This document shows, one piece after another, positions 10,666 to 20,728 of a stretch of 64,000 nt of DNA (its first letter is position 1; every line of letters starts with the position of its first letter). Position numbers and translations under genes: made by a program. The stretch spans positions 1,440,001 through 1,504,000 of the forward strand of contig OZ244650.1 of NCBI GenBank assembly GCA_965218785.1, read 5' to 3'. Source of the stretch: Nitrosopumilus sp. GTDB taxonomy: Archaea > Thermoproteota > Nitrososphaeria > Nitrososphaerales > Nitrosopumilaceae. The notes under the pieces are model-generated. The model ran no database searches and was not told the DNA's origin. It was given only the letters and a program-made list of their open reading frames with translations.

Positions 10666-12356
10666 CTAATCTGATATTAAACCGCTATCTTCCTCAAATA
10701 CAATTAGAAAAGAGCTTAGATAAAGTTAATTTTGATAATCTAGAGTTTATCTTACAACACTACAAAGATATCCAATCAATTTACACAGAAAAATTGATTT
10801 TAGGTCAAATTCATTTTTCAAAAAATTTGCCGAATTATTTAAAAAAATCATTTCGAAAAAAACTCTATAATTATACAAAATCTACAATAGCTGCACAATG
10901 GGAGCGTTATTTTAAAAAATGTGGAATTACTAAAAATATTTCAAAAATGAATGAAAAAGAATATTCAGATATGATGAAACAATGTATTGAATTTGATTGG
11001 AAGCAAGATGAACAAACAAAATTATTTGTCAATTTTTTCAAATATCCTGAATATATAATCCCAGATGACAAAAAAGAATTAAAAACATCTATAGATGTCT
11101 ATGGTACAAATGCTGAATTTGAGCCTTTGAAAATATTACTTGATTATCAATCGAAGATAGTTTCAAAAACTATGAAAAAAATTGAAAATGTTAATTCTAC
11201 ATGTTTGATACAAATGCCGACAGGAACAGGAAAAACAAGAGTTGCAATGGAAATAGTCTCTCGGATATTTAATAAAACTCCAGACATACAAATAATATGG
11301 TTTGCAAATAAATCTGAATTATTAGAACAAGCCTATGAGTCTTTTATGCATGTGTGGAATCATGTGGGGAGATTTCCAATAAAATCTATTGTGGCGTGGG
11401 GAAAAAAACAAATTCCAAAAATTCCAGATAAACGTGTTATTGTTTTTGCAGGTTATAAAAAAATGAATAATTTTTCAAAATCAAATTTACTAAAACCATC
11501 TTATGTCATTATAGATGAAGCTCATCAAATTTTAGCTCCCACATATGATGATGTATTAAAAAAACTAACAGATAAGAACGCAGCAAGGATACTGGGTCTA
11601 ACAGCCACTCCTGGAAGAGGTATTGATGAGAAGCAAAACCAGTTACTAGTTAAAAAATTTCAGGGCAACATTGTTCAGATTGAATTAGATAGGGATGATG
11701 GAAAAAAATATGAAAAAAATATTATAAAATATTTAGAGCATAACGATATCCTAGCTAAATCAGAATTGAATCCACTTAGAACAGATTTTAAATATCAATT
11801 AACTAGTACCGAATTAGATGCATTGGTAAAAATTATTCAAGGTGACCGACAGGAATTTAGCACTGAAATGCTACAAAAACTAGCAAATAACAATACTAGG
11901 AATATACAAATAATTGATAAATTACACAAATTGGCAAATCATGGTAAAAAAATTCTTTATTTTAGCACTAGTAAAAATCAATCAATTTTAATCCATATAG
12001 TTTTACAACAATTAGGGATTAATTCTGCACATGTAGATGGAGATACAGATTCTGTTTTTAGAAGGCAGATTATTCGAAAATTTAAAGAGACAGATCAAAT
12101 ACAAGTAATTTGTAATTATGATGTATTTAGTACTGGATTTGATGTGCCAAATCTAGATGTCGTGTTTATAGGAAGACCAATTAATTCCCCTGTACTGTTT
12201 AATCAGATGGTTGGGAGAGGAACAAGAGGCATTAGTATGGGTGGAAAAAAATCATTCATACTTGTACAGGTAATTGACAAGTTTAAATCTGCACGGATGT
12301 CATTCTCACCATATGAACAATATGGATATTGGGATGATAATTGGAAAAATAAATAG
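10662..12356 (+). CDS. SF2 DEAH helicase, type III restriction Res-subunit-like
   Basis: MPTGTGKT, IDEAH, GLTATP, TGFDVP, QMVGRG; start overlaps the upstream stop (GTGA). Confidence 0.9.
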   Translation: MTNLILNRYLPQIQLEKSLDKVNFDNLEFILQHYKDIQSIYTEKLILGQIHFSKNLPNYLKKSFRKKLYNYTKSTIAAQWERYFKKCGITKNISKMNEKEYSDMMKQCIEFDWKQDEQTKLFVNFFKYPEYIIPDDKKELKTSIDVYGTNAEFEPLKILLDYQSKIVSKTMKKIENVNSTCLIQMPTGTGKTRVAMEIVSRIFNKTPDIQIIWFANKSELLEQAYESFMHVWNHVGRFPIKSIVAWGKKQIPKIPDKRVIVFAGYKKMNNFSKSNLLKPSYVIIDEAHQILAPTYDDVLKKLTDKNAARILGLTATPGRGIDEKQNQLLVKKFQGNIVQIELDRDDGKKYEKNIIKYLEHNDILAKSELNPLRTDFKYQLTSTELDALVKIIQGDRQEFSTEMLQKLANNNTRNIQIIDKLHKLANHGKKILYFSTSKNQSILIHIVLQQLGINSAHVDGDTDSVFRRQIIRKFKETDQIQVICNYDVFSTGFDVPNLDVVFIGRPINSPVLFNQMVGRGTRGISMGGKKSFILVQVIDKFKSARMSFSPYEQYGYWDDNWKNK

Positions 12357-12456
12357 CATTACATATTTGACATGATGAAGATGCTTAGTCAAATTCGTCT
12401 GATTCTTACAACATAGACACAATTCAAATATTTTATTGTAGAAAATTTTTTAAATT

Positions 12457-13620
12457 TTACACGTGAATTTTGATCAGGGAATCCACACATGAACAAATCT
12501 CATCTGTTGCTGTTTCGATATCTTCACTGGTATTGAATCTGCCACAACCAATTCGTATAGAAGAATGAGCTTGTTCTTCATCCAATCCAAGTGCAAGCAA
12601 TACGTGGGATGGCTCTACTGTCTGGGTGGTACATGCCGAACCAGCAGAGATGGCAATCTTTTTGGATACTGAATTGATTATTGCCTTGCCGTCTATTCCC
12701 TCAAATCTCACATTGAGATTGTGTGCCAGCCTCTTTGTGGGATGACCGTTAAGCTTGCCACCAGCATCTGATAACTGTTTGAGCATCTCATCAGTCCATT
12801 TTTTGAATTTGACATTCTCTGATCCCATCTCCTTTTGTGCAATCTCTACTGCCTTTGCAAAGCCCACGATTCCGGGAACGTTCAGTGTACCGGGTCGGAG
12901 ATTTCTTTCCTGACCTCCACCATGAATAATGGGTTCCAGTTTTACCCGGGGCATGATACTTCTAACATAGAGCGCACCGATTCCCTTGGGACCGTAAATT
13001 TTGTGTGATGAAAACGACATTAAATCAATGTTCATTTTTTGAACATCAATTGGGATATGACCCACTGCCTGTGCAGCATCAGTATGAAACAGTACATTAC
13101 GCTCGTGTACAATACTTCCAATCCCTGCAATATCCTGTATGGTGCCAATCTCGTTGTTTGTAGACATTATCGAGATCAGGACGGTCTCATCTGTGATTGC
13201 ATTCTTTAACTCTTGCAGATTTACCAGTCCGAATTCATCCACGGGAAGATATGTTACCTGGAATCCTGCCTCTTCAAGATGTCGTGCGGTATCAAGTACT
13301 GCCTTGTGTTCTGTAACACATGTGATCAAATGATTCCCCTTTTTTCTGTTTTTTTCCATTACTCCAATCAACGCCAGATTATCAGATTCTGTGGCACCGG
13401 ATGTAAAGAGTATCTCATCCATGTGTGAGCCTATTACCTTTGCAATTTTTTCCCGAGCCTGCTGCACTGCAACTGACGCATCATATCCTACAGAGTGATC
13501 AAGACTAGATGCATTGCCAAATTTTTCAGTAAAATACGGTGTCATCTCCTCAAATACACGCGGATCCACCGGAGTGGTCGCATGGTAATCAAGGTATATC
13601 GGAAATTTATTTTCTGCCAT
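12457..13620 (-). CDS. dndA: cysteine desulfurase DndA (IscS family)
   Basis: YLDYHATTP, FTSGATE, SSHKIYGPKG (PLP Lys), SAGSACT (catalytic Cys); directly downstream of dndE. Confidence 0.88.
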   Translation of the reverse strand: MAENKFPIYLDYHATTPVDPRVFEEMTPYFTEKFGNASSLDHSVGYDASVAVQQAREKIAKVIGSHMDEILFTSGATESDNLALIGVMEKNRKKGNHLITCVTEHKAVLDTARHLEEAGFQVTYLPVDEFGLVNLQELKNAITDETVLISIMSTNNEIGTIQDIAGIGSIVHERNVLFHTDAAQAVGHIPIDVQKMNIDLMSFSSHKIYGPKGIGALYVRSIMPRVKLEPIIHGGGQERNLRPGTLNVPGIVGFAKAVEIAQKEMGSENVKFKKWTDEMLKQLSDAGGKLNGHPTKRLAHNLNVRFEGIDGKAIINSVSKKIAISAGSACTTQTVEPSHVLLALGLDEEQAHSSIRIGCGRFNTSEDIETATDEICSCVDSLIKIHV

Positions 13621-13716
13621 GTTTTACAACTCTCTTTTTTAATTGATAAACACACTCTAGAACTGAATATTTTTTTGGAATACCACATACCGTATAATCA
13701 ATAATTTTTTGAATCC

Positions 13717-14097
13717 TCATCCCATCCTCTCCTCCCTTACAAGATTGTAAAAATCAGCAAGATTTCTAATTCGCAGCCTCAGTGATATCACCCCGCGATT
13801 CAGATGCGCCCGCAGCATACGATTAAGGTAGATTCCCGGATCAAGCTTGTCATGTTTCAATCTGTTGAGCAAGAGTGCCTCGTAGACTCGTTCATTTTTT
13901 CCAAACAGTACATGTGGTACGATTACCGAGCCGTCCTGATTGTACTCATCAGGATTTGGAATGGATCTCTCCTTGAGTGACAGACATATTGCAAACCTAG
14001 ACAGGGTTTCAGGCTCCAGACCCATCTCTGTTCTCATATCCCCCAGATTCTTCTGACTCCGAGTACTCATTCTCATCGTCTCAAACTTTGATTGCAT
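13717..14097 (-). CDS. dndE: DNA sulfur modification protein DndE
   Basis: GL.P..LSRFAICLSL...LFG...RAHLNRG pattern; follows and overlaps dndD. Confidence 0.85.
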   Translation of the reverse strand: MQSKFETMRMSTRSQKNLGDMRTEMGLEPETLSRFAICLSLKERSIPNPDEYNQDGSVIVPHVLFGKNERVYEALLLNRLKHDKLDPGIYLNRMLRAHLNRGVISLRLRIRNLADFYNLVREERMG

Positions 14098-16111
14098 GAC
14101 TCTCCTCCAGTTTAAAGTAACCCTCCTCGATCATGGTTCTGCCTTTCTCCGAGTCGTATCTTAGTATGTACGATTTTGCAATGTGTGGAACCAATTTCTC
14201 ATAGTACCTGTCATTTATCTCAGAATCCGTAGAAAGTATTATGGTCTGGTGCGATGCGGCAGGATAAAAATTCTCTACCATGTTTGTCCTGTGTTCCCTG
14301 TCAAGTCTTGCAAGTGGCGTGTCAATCACAAATGGAAACGCCCTGCCTGAGGTCTTTGCAAGTCCCCACACCAGGGTAGTGACATACATCTGAATCTCAC
14401 CTTCGGACATCATTGTCCTTGTTATCTCCTCGCCATCTTGCTTGTACAGTTTGATCTCAAAAGTTTCAGGATCAATGGTTACACTTTCAATAAAGTCCTT
14501 TTTGTGTAAAAGCATCTTTATCCCGTCTAGTATGTATTTTTGCAAAATCTCAATTTTTTTGCGTCTAAGAACAACAGAGTATTCCTCCAATGTCTCCTGT
14601 ATTGCCGGTCCCAGGTCTACTCCGGCAGTCAGTCTTCTGTCACTGCCTCTCTTGCTTATGTTTTGACGTATTCGTGAATTAAGTAATGTAATCATGGATT
14701 TTTCCTGCGCCTCCAAATTCATCAGATTCTCCAGCTCGCTTTCAAGCTCTCCAAGCTTCCGGTTGGTATGTGCAATTTCAGATAATGCGGGTCCTGCCTC
14801 GTCGTCCTGCGGTGACATTTCAAGACCATTCCTTACAATTTCCAGCTTGTCTAGTATCTTGTTGTGTGACTGTGCAAGCTCTTTAATCCTCGGCTCACAT
14901 GATTCGTTGATCTCATTTATCATATTTTTGATGCGCTCCATCTCTGAGAGAGAAAGATCAAAAGTTGTATTTTGTAAATTATGAATTGTGTCCTTTCGCT
15001 TTTGTAACGTTTGCTCTATCTCTGATACAAACATCGCTTTTGTAGAATCATCACATGAATGAAGAAATGAATCAGACTGTATCGTCTCTAGTATGTCATC
15101 AAATGCCTTTTCAAGAATGTCCCGTTCAAAGTTGTCTTTTATCCTTTTTTCATCCTGTTCTATGTCTAGTCTTAACTCTTCTAGCTGGTCAGGTATGATG
15201 CTCATTGGCAGTGTGTCCGAGCACATCTCCCTGATCTTTTTTTGAACCGTCTCAATCTCTGCCTCCATCTTTGATTTTCTGGCAACAAACTCCTCACGGT
15301 TTTTTGCAAACTCTCCGCCTATCTTTGAGAAACGCTCCTCAAGTACACGGATCTTGTACTGGATGCTAGTTATCTGCGCCTTGATGCTCACCTGTTTTTC
15401 CAGTATTCTCTCCAGCCTGTTATCGGCATTGGTTTTTTCTGCCGTTTGTTGCTGTATCTCTTCAAGAATCTTTTGCGTCTGGCCATCAGAGTTTCTCAAA
15501 AGATACACGCCAATATCATCACGGAGTTGCCTTACCAAATCTAGTCCCAAAAGCACATCAAATGATTCCTGGATGTATTTCTGCTCGTCTCCGGCAGTTG
15601 CAATATCTCTGATGTGCTCGCCATTAATGAAGAAGAGTCTCGCAATTCCAACAGGCATCATCTGGTCGATATATGACTGCCAGCCGGACTTTTCTACGGA
15701 ATCCAGTCGGGTGTACTGTCTCTCTGCATCCTTTTTGTATACTGAAAAATCCTCTTGTATACTGCCATCGATATTTTCCCATGATCTTGCCACGCGATAT
15801 TCTGATATTACTCCCCTGTGGGCAAACTCAAACTCTACTGTAATTGATGCCTCTTGTGCAGGTACATGTACTGATGTAGATCGGTGAATCAGCCTTTGCA
15901 TCTTCTCATCGTACTGTTTCTGTGACATCTTTTGTTCAAATGACTGCCGTCCGTAAAGGCACAGCAATATGGACTCAAACACCGTGGTCTTGCCTGCCCC
16001 GTTTGTACCGCCATACAGCACAACTGGTTTTTTTGGCGCGGTTTTAAAATCAAGTTTGTTGACTCCCCCGTACACTCCAAAGTTATCAAGTGTGACCCTA
16101 GTCAGAAGCAT
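14081..16111 (-). CDS. dndD: DNA sulfur modification protein DndD (SMC-like ATPase)
   Basis: GGTNGAGKTT Walker A, long coiled coil, MSEGE signature, IDTPLARLD..HR, STDSEI. Confidence 0.93.
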   Translation of the reverse strand: MLLTRVTLDNFGVYGGVNKLDFKTAPKKPVVLYGGTNGAGKTTVFESILLCLYGRQSFEQKMSQKQYDEKMQRLIHRSTSVHVPAQEASITVEFEFAHRGVISEYRVARSWENIDGSIQEDFSVYKKDAERQYTRLDSVEKSGWQSYIDQMMPVGIARLFFINGEHIRDIATAGDEQKYIQESFDVLLGLDLVRQLRDDIGVYLLRNSDGQTQKILEEIQQQTAEKTNADNRLERILEKQVSIKAQITSIQYKIRVLEERFSKIGGEFAKNREEFVARKSKMEAEIETVQKKIREMCSDTLPMSIIPDQLEELRLDIEQDEKRIKDNFERDILEKAFDDILETIQSDSFLHSCDDSTKAMFVSEIEQTLQKRKDTIHNLQNTTFDLSLSEMERIKNMINEINESCEPRIKELAQSHNKILDKLEIVRNGLEMSPQDDEAGPALSEIAHTNRKLGELESELENLMNLEAQEKSMITLLNSRIRQNISKRGSDRRLTAGVDLGPAIQETLEEYSVVLRRKKIEILQKYILDGIKMLLHKKDFIESVTIDPETFEIKLYKQDGEEITRTMMSEGEIQMYVTTLVWGLAKTSGRAFPFVIDTPLARLDREHRTNMVENFYPAASHQTIILSTDSEINDRYYEKLVPHIAKSYILRYDSEKGRTMIEEGYFKLEESHAIKV

Positions 16112-17534
16112 CTTTTTTCACTCCGTCAAGTTCTACGCGGTCACGTACAAGCTCGCCCATTATTTTGTCTGCATCATCCCTCCATTCCTTTATGAGTTCT
16201 TTTCGTATCTTTCCAAATATTTTAGAGTGTGATGTGGCGCCCTGCATCTCAAATTCTGCGTTAAGCAGGCTGCTTACCAGCCTGTATGGGATGTTGCGTT
16301 TCTTGCAGACTGTTTGTAAAAGCTGTTGTTCCGTGCTGCCAAATCCTCCCATGTCTTCTGAATCTTCTTCGAGTCTTTTTCCTATGACATTCTCATAGAT
16401 TTGATATGCAGAGTTTCTCCAGTCCCCCTGTTCCATGCGCCAAATCCGCTGAATCTCGTGAATCTCCTCGTCTAAGATCAGTGTCATGTTGGGGTCTGGC
16501 CCCTCCTTTTGTATCTTCAACTGTCCGCGCAGCAGTTTTTCCAGATAGTCCTTTCTAAACTCCATCTTGTACGGGCCGGGAACATAGTCGTTACTGTCTT
16601 TTCTAAGCTCGACCTTGCCGTTTCTCCTAGTCATCTCCCGTACATCTTCCCACACATTGGAATCCTGGGTTTTTTTGAGCTCCTCTCGCAACTCTGCAAG
16701 TGTCTCCATCCATTCCTCCCCGTTTTCAATTAAACTGGTAAGTGACTTTTGCTTGTCAACTACGGTACATGTCCAGCATCCGAACCGTCCGCTGCCACAT
16801 GATGGCGTACTTGTATCAACTACCAATGGACATTCTGCTGCATTGGCATCCTGATACAAAGAAAGAAGATCCCGGTTGTTGTCCCCCCACGGATTCTTGT
16901 TTTGTAATAGATAATTCCATACATCTTCGGCAGTAAAGTCCACCAGCGGCGTATACACGTATGTCTGGGCAAATCGCTTGTGATGGGATAGTACACTGTT
17001 TTCAATCTCCAGCATGTTCATGCTTTGTTGTCTGGTGCTGCTCTCGCTTTTTCTTGTTCCCAAAAGCACGATTGCCTCGCCATACTGTGAGACCTTTTCC
17101 TGGATGAATCTGTCTGCATTGGCAATCTTGAGCATGTCAGTGCACCATCGAAACATGGACGTGGGTGCAGGATAGCCAAGACCCAGGATTCTTACCCAGA
17201 ACGTATCTGAGATCTTGGGTCTTAGAAGATTGGTGGATATTGGAAGATGTGAGTTTGTTGTTGCTGCCTTTTCTATCTTATCTAGGCTGGTTGTAATCCT
17301 CTCCACTATCTGTGGGGATTCTACTAGTGTGTCCGAAGATATTATGTATATCTTTTTTTGCAGCTTTTCTGCAGGTAATTTGGATAATGCATGCCATGCA
17401 AGCTGTGCCATGCACGTGGAATCCTTGCCACCGCTGAATCCTATGATCCAGGGCCTGTTGTCGTTGAGATACACCTGGCGGATCTCCTCGTAAATGTCTG
17501 CCAAAGTCCTTTGATCAAAAACAGAATCAGTCAT
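16098..17534 (-). CDS. dndC: DNA phosphorothioation sulfurtransferase DndC (PAPS-reductase family)
   Basis: PWIIGFSGGKDS, GLGYPAP..FRWCT..LKI, ECPLVVD.STPSCG.GRFGCWTCTVV. Confidence 0.95.
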   Translation of the reverse strand: MTDSVFDQRTLADIYEEIRQVYLNDNRPWIIGFSGGKDSTCMAQLAWHALSKLPAEKLQKKIYIISSDTLVESPQIVERITTSLDKIEKAATTNSHLPISTNLLRPKISDTFWVRILGLGYPAPTSMFRWCTDMLKIANADRFIQEKVSQYGEAIVLLGTRKSESSTRQQSMNMLEIENSVLSHHKRFAQTYVYTPLVDFTAEDVWNYLLQNKNPWGDNNRDLLSLYQDANAAECPLVVDTSTPSCGSGRFGCWTCTVVDKQKSLTSLIENGEEWMETLAELREELKKTQDSNVWEDVREMTRRNGKVELRKDSNDYVPGPYKMEFRKDYLEKLLRGQLKIQKEGPDPNMTLILDEEIHEIQRIWRMEQGDWRNSAYQIYENVIGKRLEEDSEDMGGFGSTEQQLLQTVCKKRNIPYRLVSSLLNAEFEMQGATSHSKIFGKIRKELIKEWRDDADKIMGELVRDRVELDGVKKDASD

Positions 17535-18630
17535 GGTTTTCAAACTCCTCTCTTTGTGGGGATAATGTAATGCCGCATTTTTTCAGAATTAGATTTGCTG
17601 CACGCTCGATTCCAAGCGCGTGTTTTACCATCTGTCCGTTTAAGATCAGACGCCCGTCCCATTCCGGATTGTCCCTTGACCAGTCGATCTTTTTGAGATT
17701 GACGAGTTTCTTATCCCATCTGTCTGGAAACTCTTCGATGAGAATATTTCCAGCTATTCCTAACGCGTTTAACAGATTGGTGTTTGTATGGACAAATTCT
17801 TTTCTTACCTCGTTTGGTTTTACTTTTCCCTGCATTAGAAGCTGCCACTCCGGCATGTTTGTTGCGACAGTATTCCAGAATTTTTCCACGGTTTCTTTCT
17901 CGGCTTTTGTAATTCTCTTCTTTTTGCGTGTGCCAAATAGACGCATTGTCGCATCGGCAATCCCGTTTAATGTGAATACTGTTTTAGAACGGTTTGAGAT
18001 GGTGGTTTTTTCCAGTTCTACCCTGTCTACAAAGACATCTACAATTCTAACAAGCTCGACGATAAACTGGGAAAATTGATCCCTGTAATCATACAAAATG
18101 TTGAGGGATTTTGTGGGTTTTACTGCATTTTTGTTCAAATCCGAGAACATCTGCTGGCTTCGTTTCAGTCCCGAATCCTGAAAAAATACTACGGATATCA
18201 TCTCGTATCCAAGTTTTGGATTCTCCTTAAGTGCTTCCTCGATTGCCTTTCTTCTGTGTTGTCCATCATTTATCAAAAGTTTGGAATCCATGTTTATGTA
18301 AATACGACCGACCTTGGCGTCTGGTCCAAGGGATGGTACTGGGATAAACTTCATCGCACCGTCAACTGATGCCGTAAGTGAGGAGAATGTATAGTCATCC
18401 GGATTTGACAGGATGTAGTCCTTTATGGCAGGTATTCTTGATTCTCGTAGAGTCCTCTGGGCTCTTAGTTCCGGAGGTAGTTCATAATCATTAAAGATGA
18501 ATAATTTTGGGATTATCTTTAACGGGCATATTGCAACATAAAACTCCCGCCCTGCCTGAATTCCACGTATTGCATCAAATCCGTAAGTCTCACTGCCTAC
18601 AGATTCCTCATTTAACGAGTCATTCGCCAT
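17527..18630 (-). CDS. dndB: DNA sulfur modification protein DndB (DGQHR domain)
   Basis: AIRGIQAGREFY, RAQRTL, INDGQHR, QQMFSDLN. Confidence 0.93.
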   Translation of the reverse strand: MANDSLNEESVGSETYGFDAIRGIQAGREFYVAICPLKIIPKLFIFNDYELPPELRAQRTLRESRIPAIKDYILSNPDDYTFSSLTASVDGAMKFIPVPSLGPDAKVGRIYINMDSKLLINDGQHRRKAIEEALKENPKLGYEMISVVFFQDSGLKRSQQMFSDLNKNAVKPTKSLNILYDYRDQFSQFIVELVRIVDVFVDRVELEKTTISNRSKTVFTLNGIADATMRLFGTRKKKRITKAEKETVEKFWNTVATNMPEWQLLMQGKVKPNEVRKEFVHTNTNLLNALGIAGNILIEEFPDRWDKKLVNLKKIDWSRDNPEWDGRLILNGQMVKHALGIERAANLILKKCGITLSPQREEFENHD

Positions 18631-18698
18631 GCCTAGAAATAATGGAAGTTTAATAAAAGGATTTGGAAGTATCTAAATACACATTGGAAGTATGTATT

Positions 18699-18866
18699 TT
18701 AGAATGCCTTTTTGAGCGTGTCCATATCCGCCTTTGAGAGTTTTAAGGTAAACACGTTTGCTTTTGGGTGTTTGGCTACCTTTGCTATCGGATGAAAAAC
18801 TATCTTGATTTTACCGTCTTCCTTGGTAATATCGACAGAACGTCCACCTACATGAGTTTCAACCAT
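18699..18866 (-). CDS. small hypothetical protein
   Basis: MVETHVGGRSVDITKEDGKIKIVFHP...; protein-like composition. Confidence 0.65.
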   Translation of the reverse strand: MVETHVGGRSVDITKEDGKIKIVFHPIAKVAKHPKANVFTLKLSKADMDTLKKAF

Positions 18867-18944
18867 GATTAGTCTAGAATTCAATATCTTATAGAGTTAT
18901 TGGAAACGATCAAAGATTAAGTGTAATAATGACATGTCAGGTAT

Positions 18945-19379
18945 ATGGAACTTGGAGTGATTCAAGGTGATTATCCAGACTGCCCATCAAACGCAGAATC
19001 TACAAAACGATACTATTGGATATCACGGGATGGAACCTATGATGCTAATGGCGATGAGAATATCGAAGGTGGATGCGTAATCACTCTCAATGTAGCTAAT
19101 AATGTGATTAAACTTGAAGATACTAACATGGATGGGACATGGAACTTTATTGTAGGCAGTACCGCTGTTACAAGCTTTGAGAATGATTTTGGCAAAGGAT
19201 TAGTGAAAATTGGTATGGAATCTACAGATCCAGATAATACAGTAAATTCAAAGTTTGTCAATCTTGATTATTATGATAACCGATGGAATGATTGGGAATC
19301 GGCGAGAATCATAAAGTCGGTAACTGACATAACAAGATGTTCGGCAGATTCGTTTGTACAGGGGAGCACCACATGTTGA
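18945..19379 (+). CDS. hypothetical beta-rich protein, probably 5'-truncated; partial second copy at 40421-40723
   Basis: 144 aa; stop overlaps the next start; C-terminal part duplicated. Confidence 0.5.
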   Translation: MELGVIQGDYPDCPSNAESTKRYYWISRDGTYDANGDENIEGGCVITLNVANNVIKLEDTNMDGTWNFIVGSTAVTSFENDFGKGLVKIGMESTDPDNTVNSKFVNLDYYDNRWNDWESARIIKSVTDITRCSADSFVQGSTTC

Positions 19380-20149
19380 AAAAATACCTCCCAGTTGTTA
19401 TTGTTATAGTTGTAATTGGAATATCTGTTCCAATACTATCAGAGTTGACAACCATGCAACCTGATGAACCAATACTATCAGAGTTGACAACCATGCAACC
19501 TGATGAACCAATACTATCAGAGTTGACAACCATGCAACCTGATGAACCAATACTATCAGAGTTGACAACCACGCAACCTGATGAACCAATGGATATTGAG
19601 TTGACAACCACGCAACCTGATGAACCAATGGATATTACAGTAACACCACTAGACCGAGATACATTGTCAAAATATCCCGGACGGGGACTACCTCCGATAA
19701 ATTTGGCAGATAAAGGCATATCATTACAAGCGATAAAAATTTTATTCCCATATGCTGCGGACATGCCGCAAATTTTACCAACAGGCGAAGAATTTGTTTA
19801 TGGTCTGTACGACCTGTATTATGACGAAGCAACTTTGTATTATGCCGATGCCAAGATTCATTCTTTAGTGAAGAATGAACATACCACAGGAGATCTGATT
19901 AATTTAGGCATGGTCATAATCAACTATGAAAGATTAACCAATCTTTCATCAAAGATTGACAGACTAGATACAAACAAGTATACCATCATTGATGACATAC
20001 CATCTGAAAACAAGGGGTATGTATGTCACAAATGCAAAGGCAATCAATTGTTTATAGTATATCCCGAGGATGGAATAGAGCTCAGCATTGTCAAAAATGA
20101 TGCAACGCCTGAAAAACTTAAAACGCTTGTTAAAGATTTAGATCTTTGA
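19373..20149 (+). CDS. membrane-anchored hypothetical protein with 13-aa tandem repeats (copy 1)
   Basis: N-terminal TM (MLKKYLPVVIVIVVIGISV), PILSELTTMQPDE repeats, CHKC motif. Confidence 0.75.
   Translation: MLKKYLPVVIVIVVIGISVPILSELTTMQPDEPILSELTTMQPDEPILSELTTMQPDEPILSELTTTQPDEPMDIELTTTQPDEPMDITVTPLDRDTLSKYPGRGLPPINLADKGISLQAIKILFPYAADMPQILPTGEEFVYGLYDLYYDEATLYYADAKIHSLVKNEHTTGDLINLGMVIINYERLTNLSSKIDRLDTNKYTIIDDIPSENKGYVCHKCKGNQLFIVYPEDGIELSIVKNDATPEKLKTLVKDLDL
19430..19624 (+). repeat. 39-bp coding tandem repeat, 5 units
   Basis: CCAATACTATCAGAGTTGACAACCA(T/C)GCAACCTGATGAA x4 plus one variant unit. Confidence 0.95.
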
Positions 20150-20580
20150 CTCTTTTTTTTAATAATTTCTTTTACTTGTTGTTTTGGATTCTGGTGCAAG
20201 TGATCAGATTGCCAAAATCCACCAGTTTGAACACATGATAAAGCATTCCCCATAGTTAATGGTAATGAGCCAACCCCTGTTGTATACTATCCAAAAAGTA
20301 GTTCATCCTCGTCTGGCATGGTATGATTGCAGTAGTTGGCAGTCATAATGGTCCACCAGCAGAAGAGAACTAGACCCGGATCATCTATGTCGTTTGTGAG
20401 GCATGTTATTGTCTTGAGGGTTCTTTGTTGTTTTTAACACCAAATTTTTTTGATATCCGCATTATGATTTTCCAAACCCGCACTTGCTTTTGTTAAGCCT
20501 GTGCGTGTATTGCCCCTTGCAGATTTCCTTTTAGAACCGCTTTTTTTACTACTTGTTCTCAAATCTGAGAATGGAACTAA

Positions 20581-20599
20581 CGGGCTCGGTCGGGTTCAA
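20581..20599 (-). mobile_element. att-like degenerate copy of the tRNA-Arg 3' end
   Basis: CGGGCTCGGTCGGgTTCaA vs tRNA 41616 CGGGCTCGGTCGGaTTCgA: first 13 nt exact, 17/19 overall. Confidence 0.65.
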
Positions 20600-20728
20600 G
20601 TTCACAGCACAAATAACGGTTCTGGTGCAAAATGATGATCTGATCACCAAAACACACCACGTCCGGTGAATGCAATGTACCGACACGGCAGGCAGTCTTT
20701 TTGAATCACGATCTTGTACGGATTTATT

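Larger units (their letters stand above)
19077..20307 (+). repeat. long direct repeat, copy 1 (pairs with ~40421-41530)
   Basis: Near-identical DNA over the ORF pair, extending to GTATACTATCCAAAAAGTAGTTCATC. Confidence 0.92.

Noticed and set aside
6000-12356. Calling these genes pbeABCD or dndFGH
   Set aside because: Domain content and order (GHKL ATPase, separate PLD, Schlafen) do not fit what I know of those modules; a profile search is needed
19430-19624. 39-bp repeats as a CRISPR array
   Set aside because: Head-to-tail with no spacers, and in frame within a CDS
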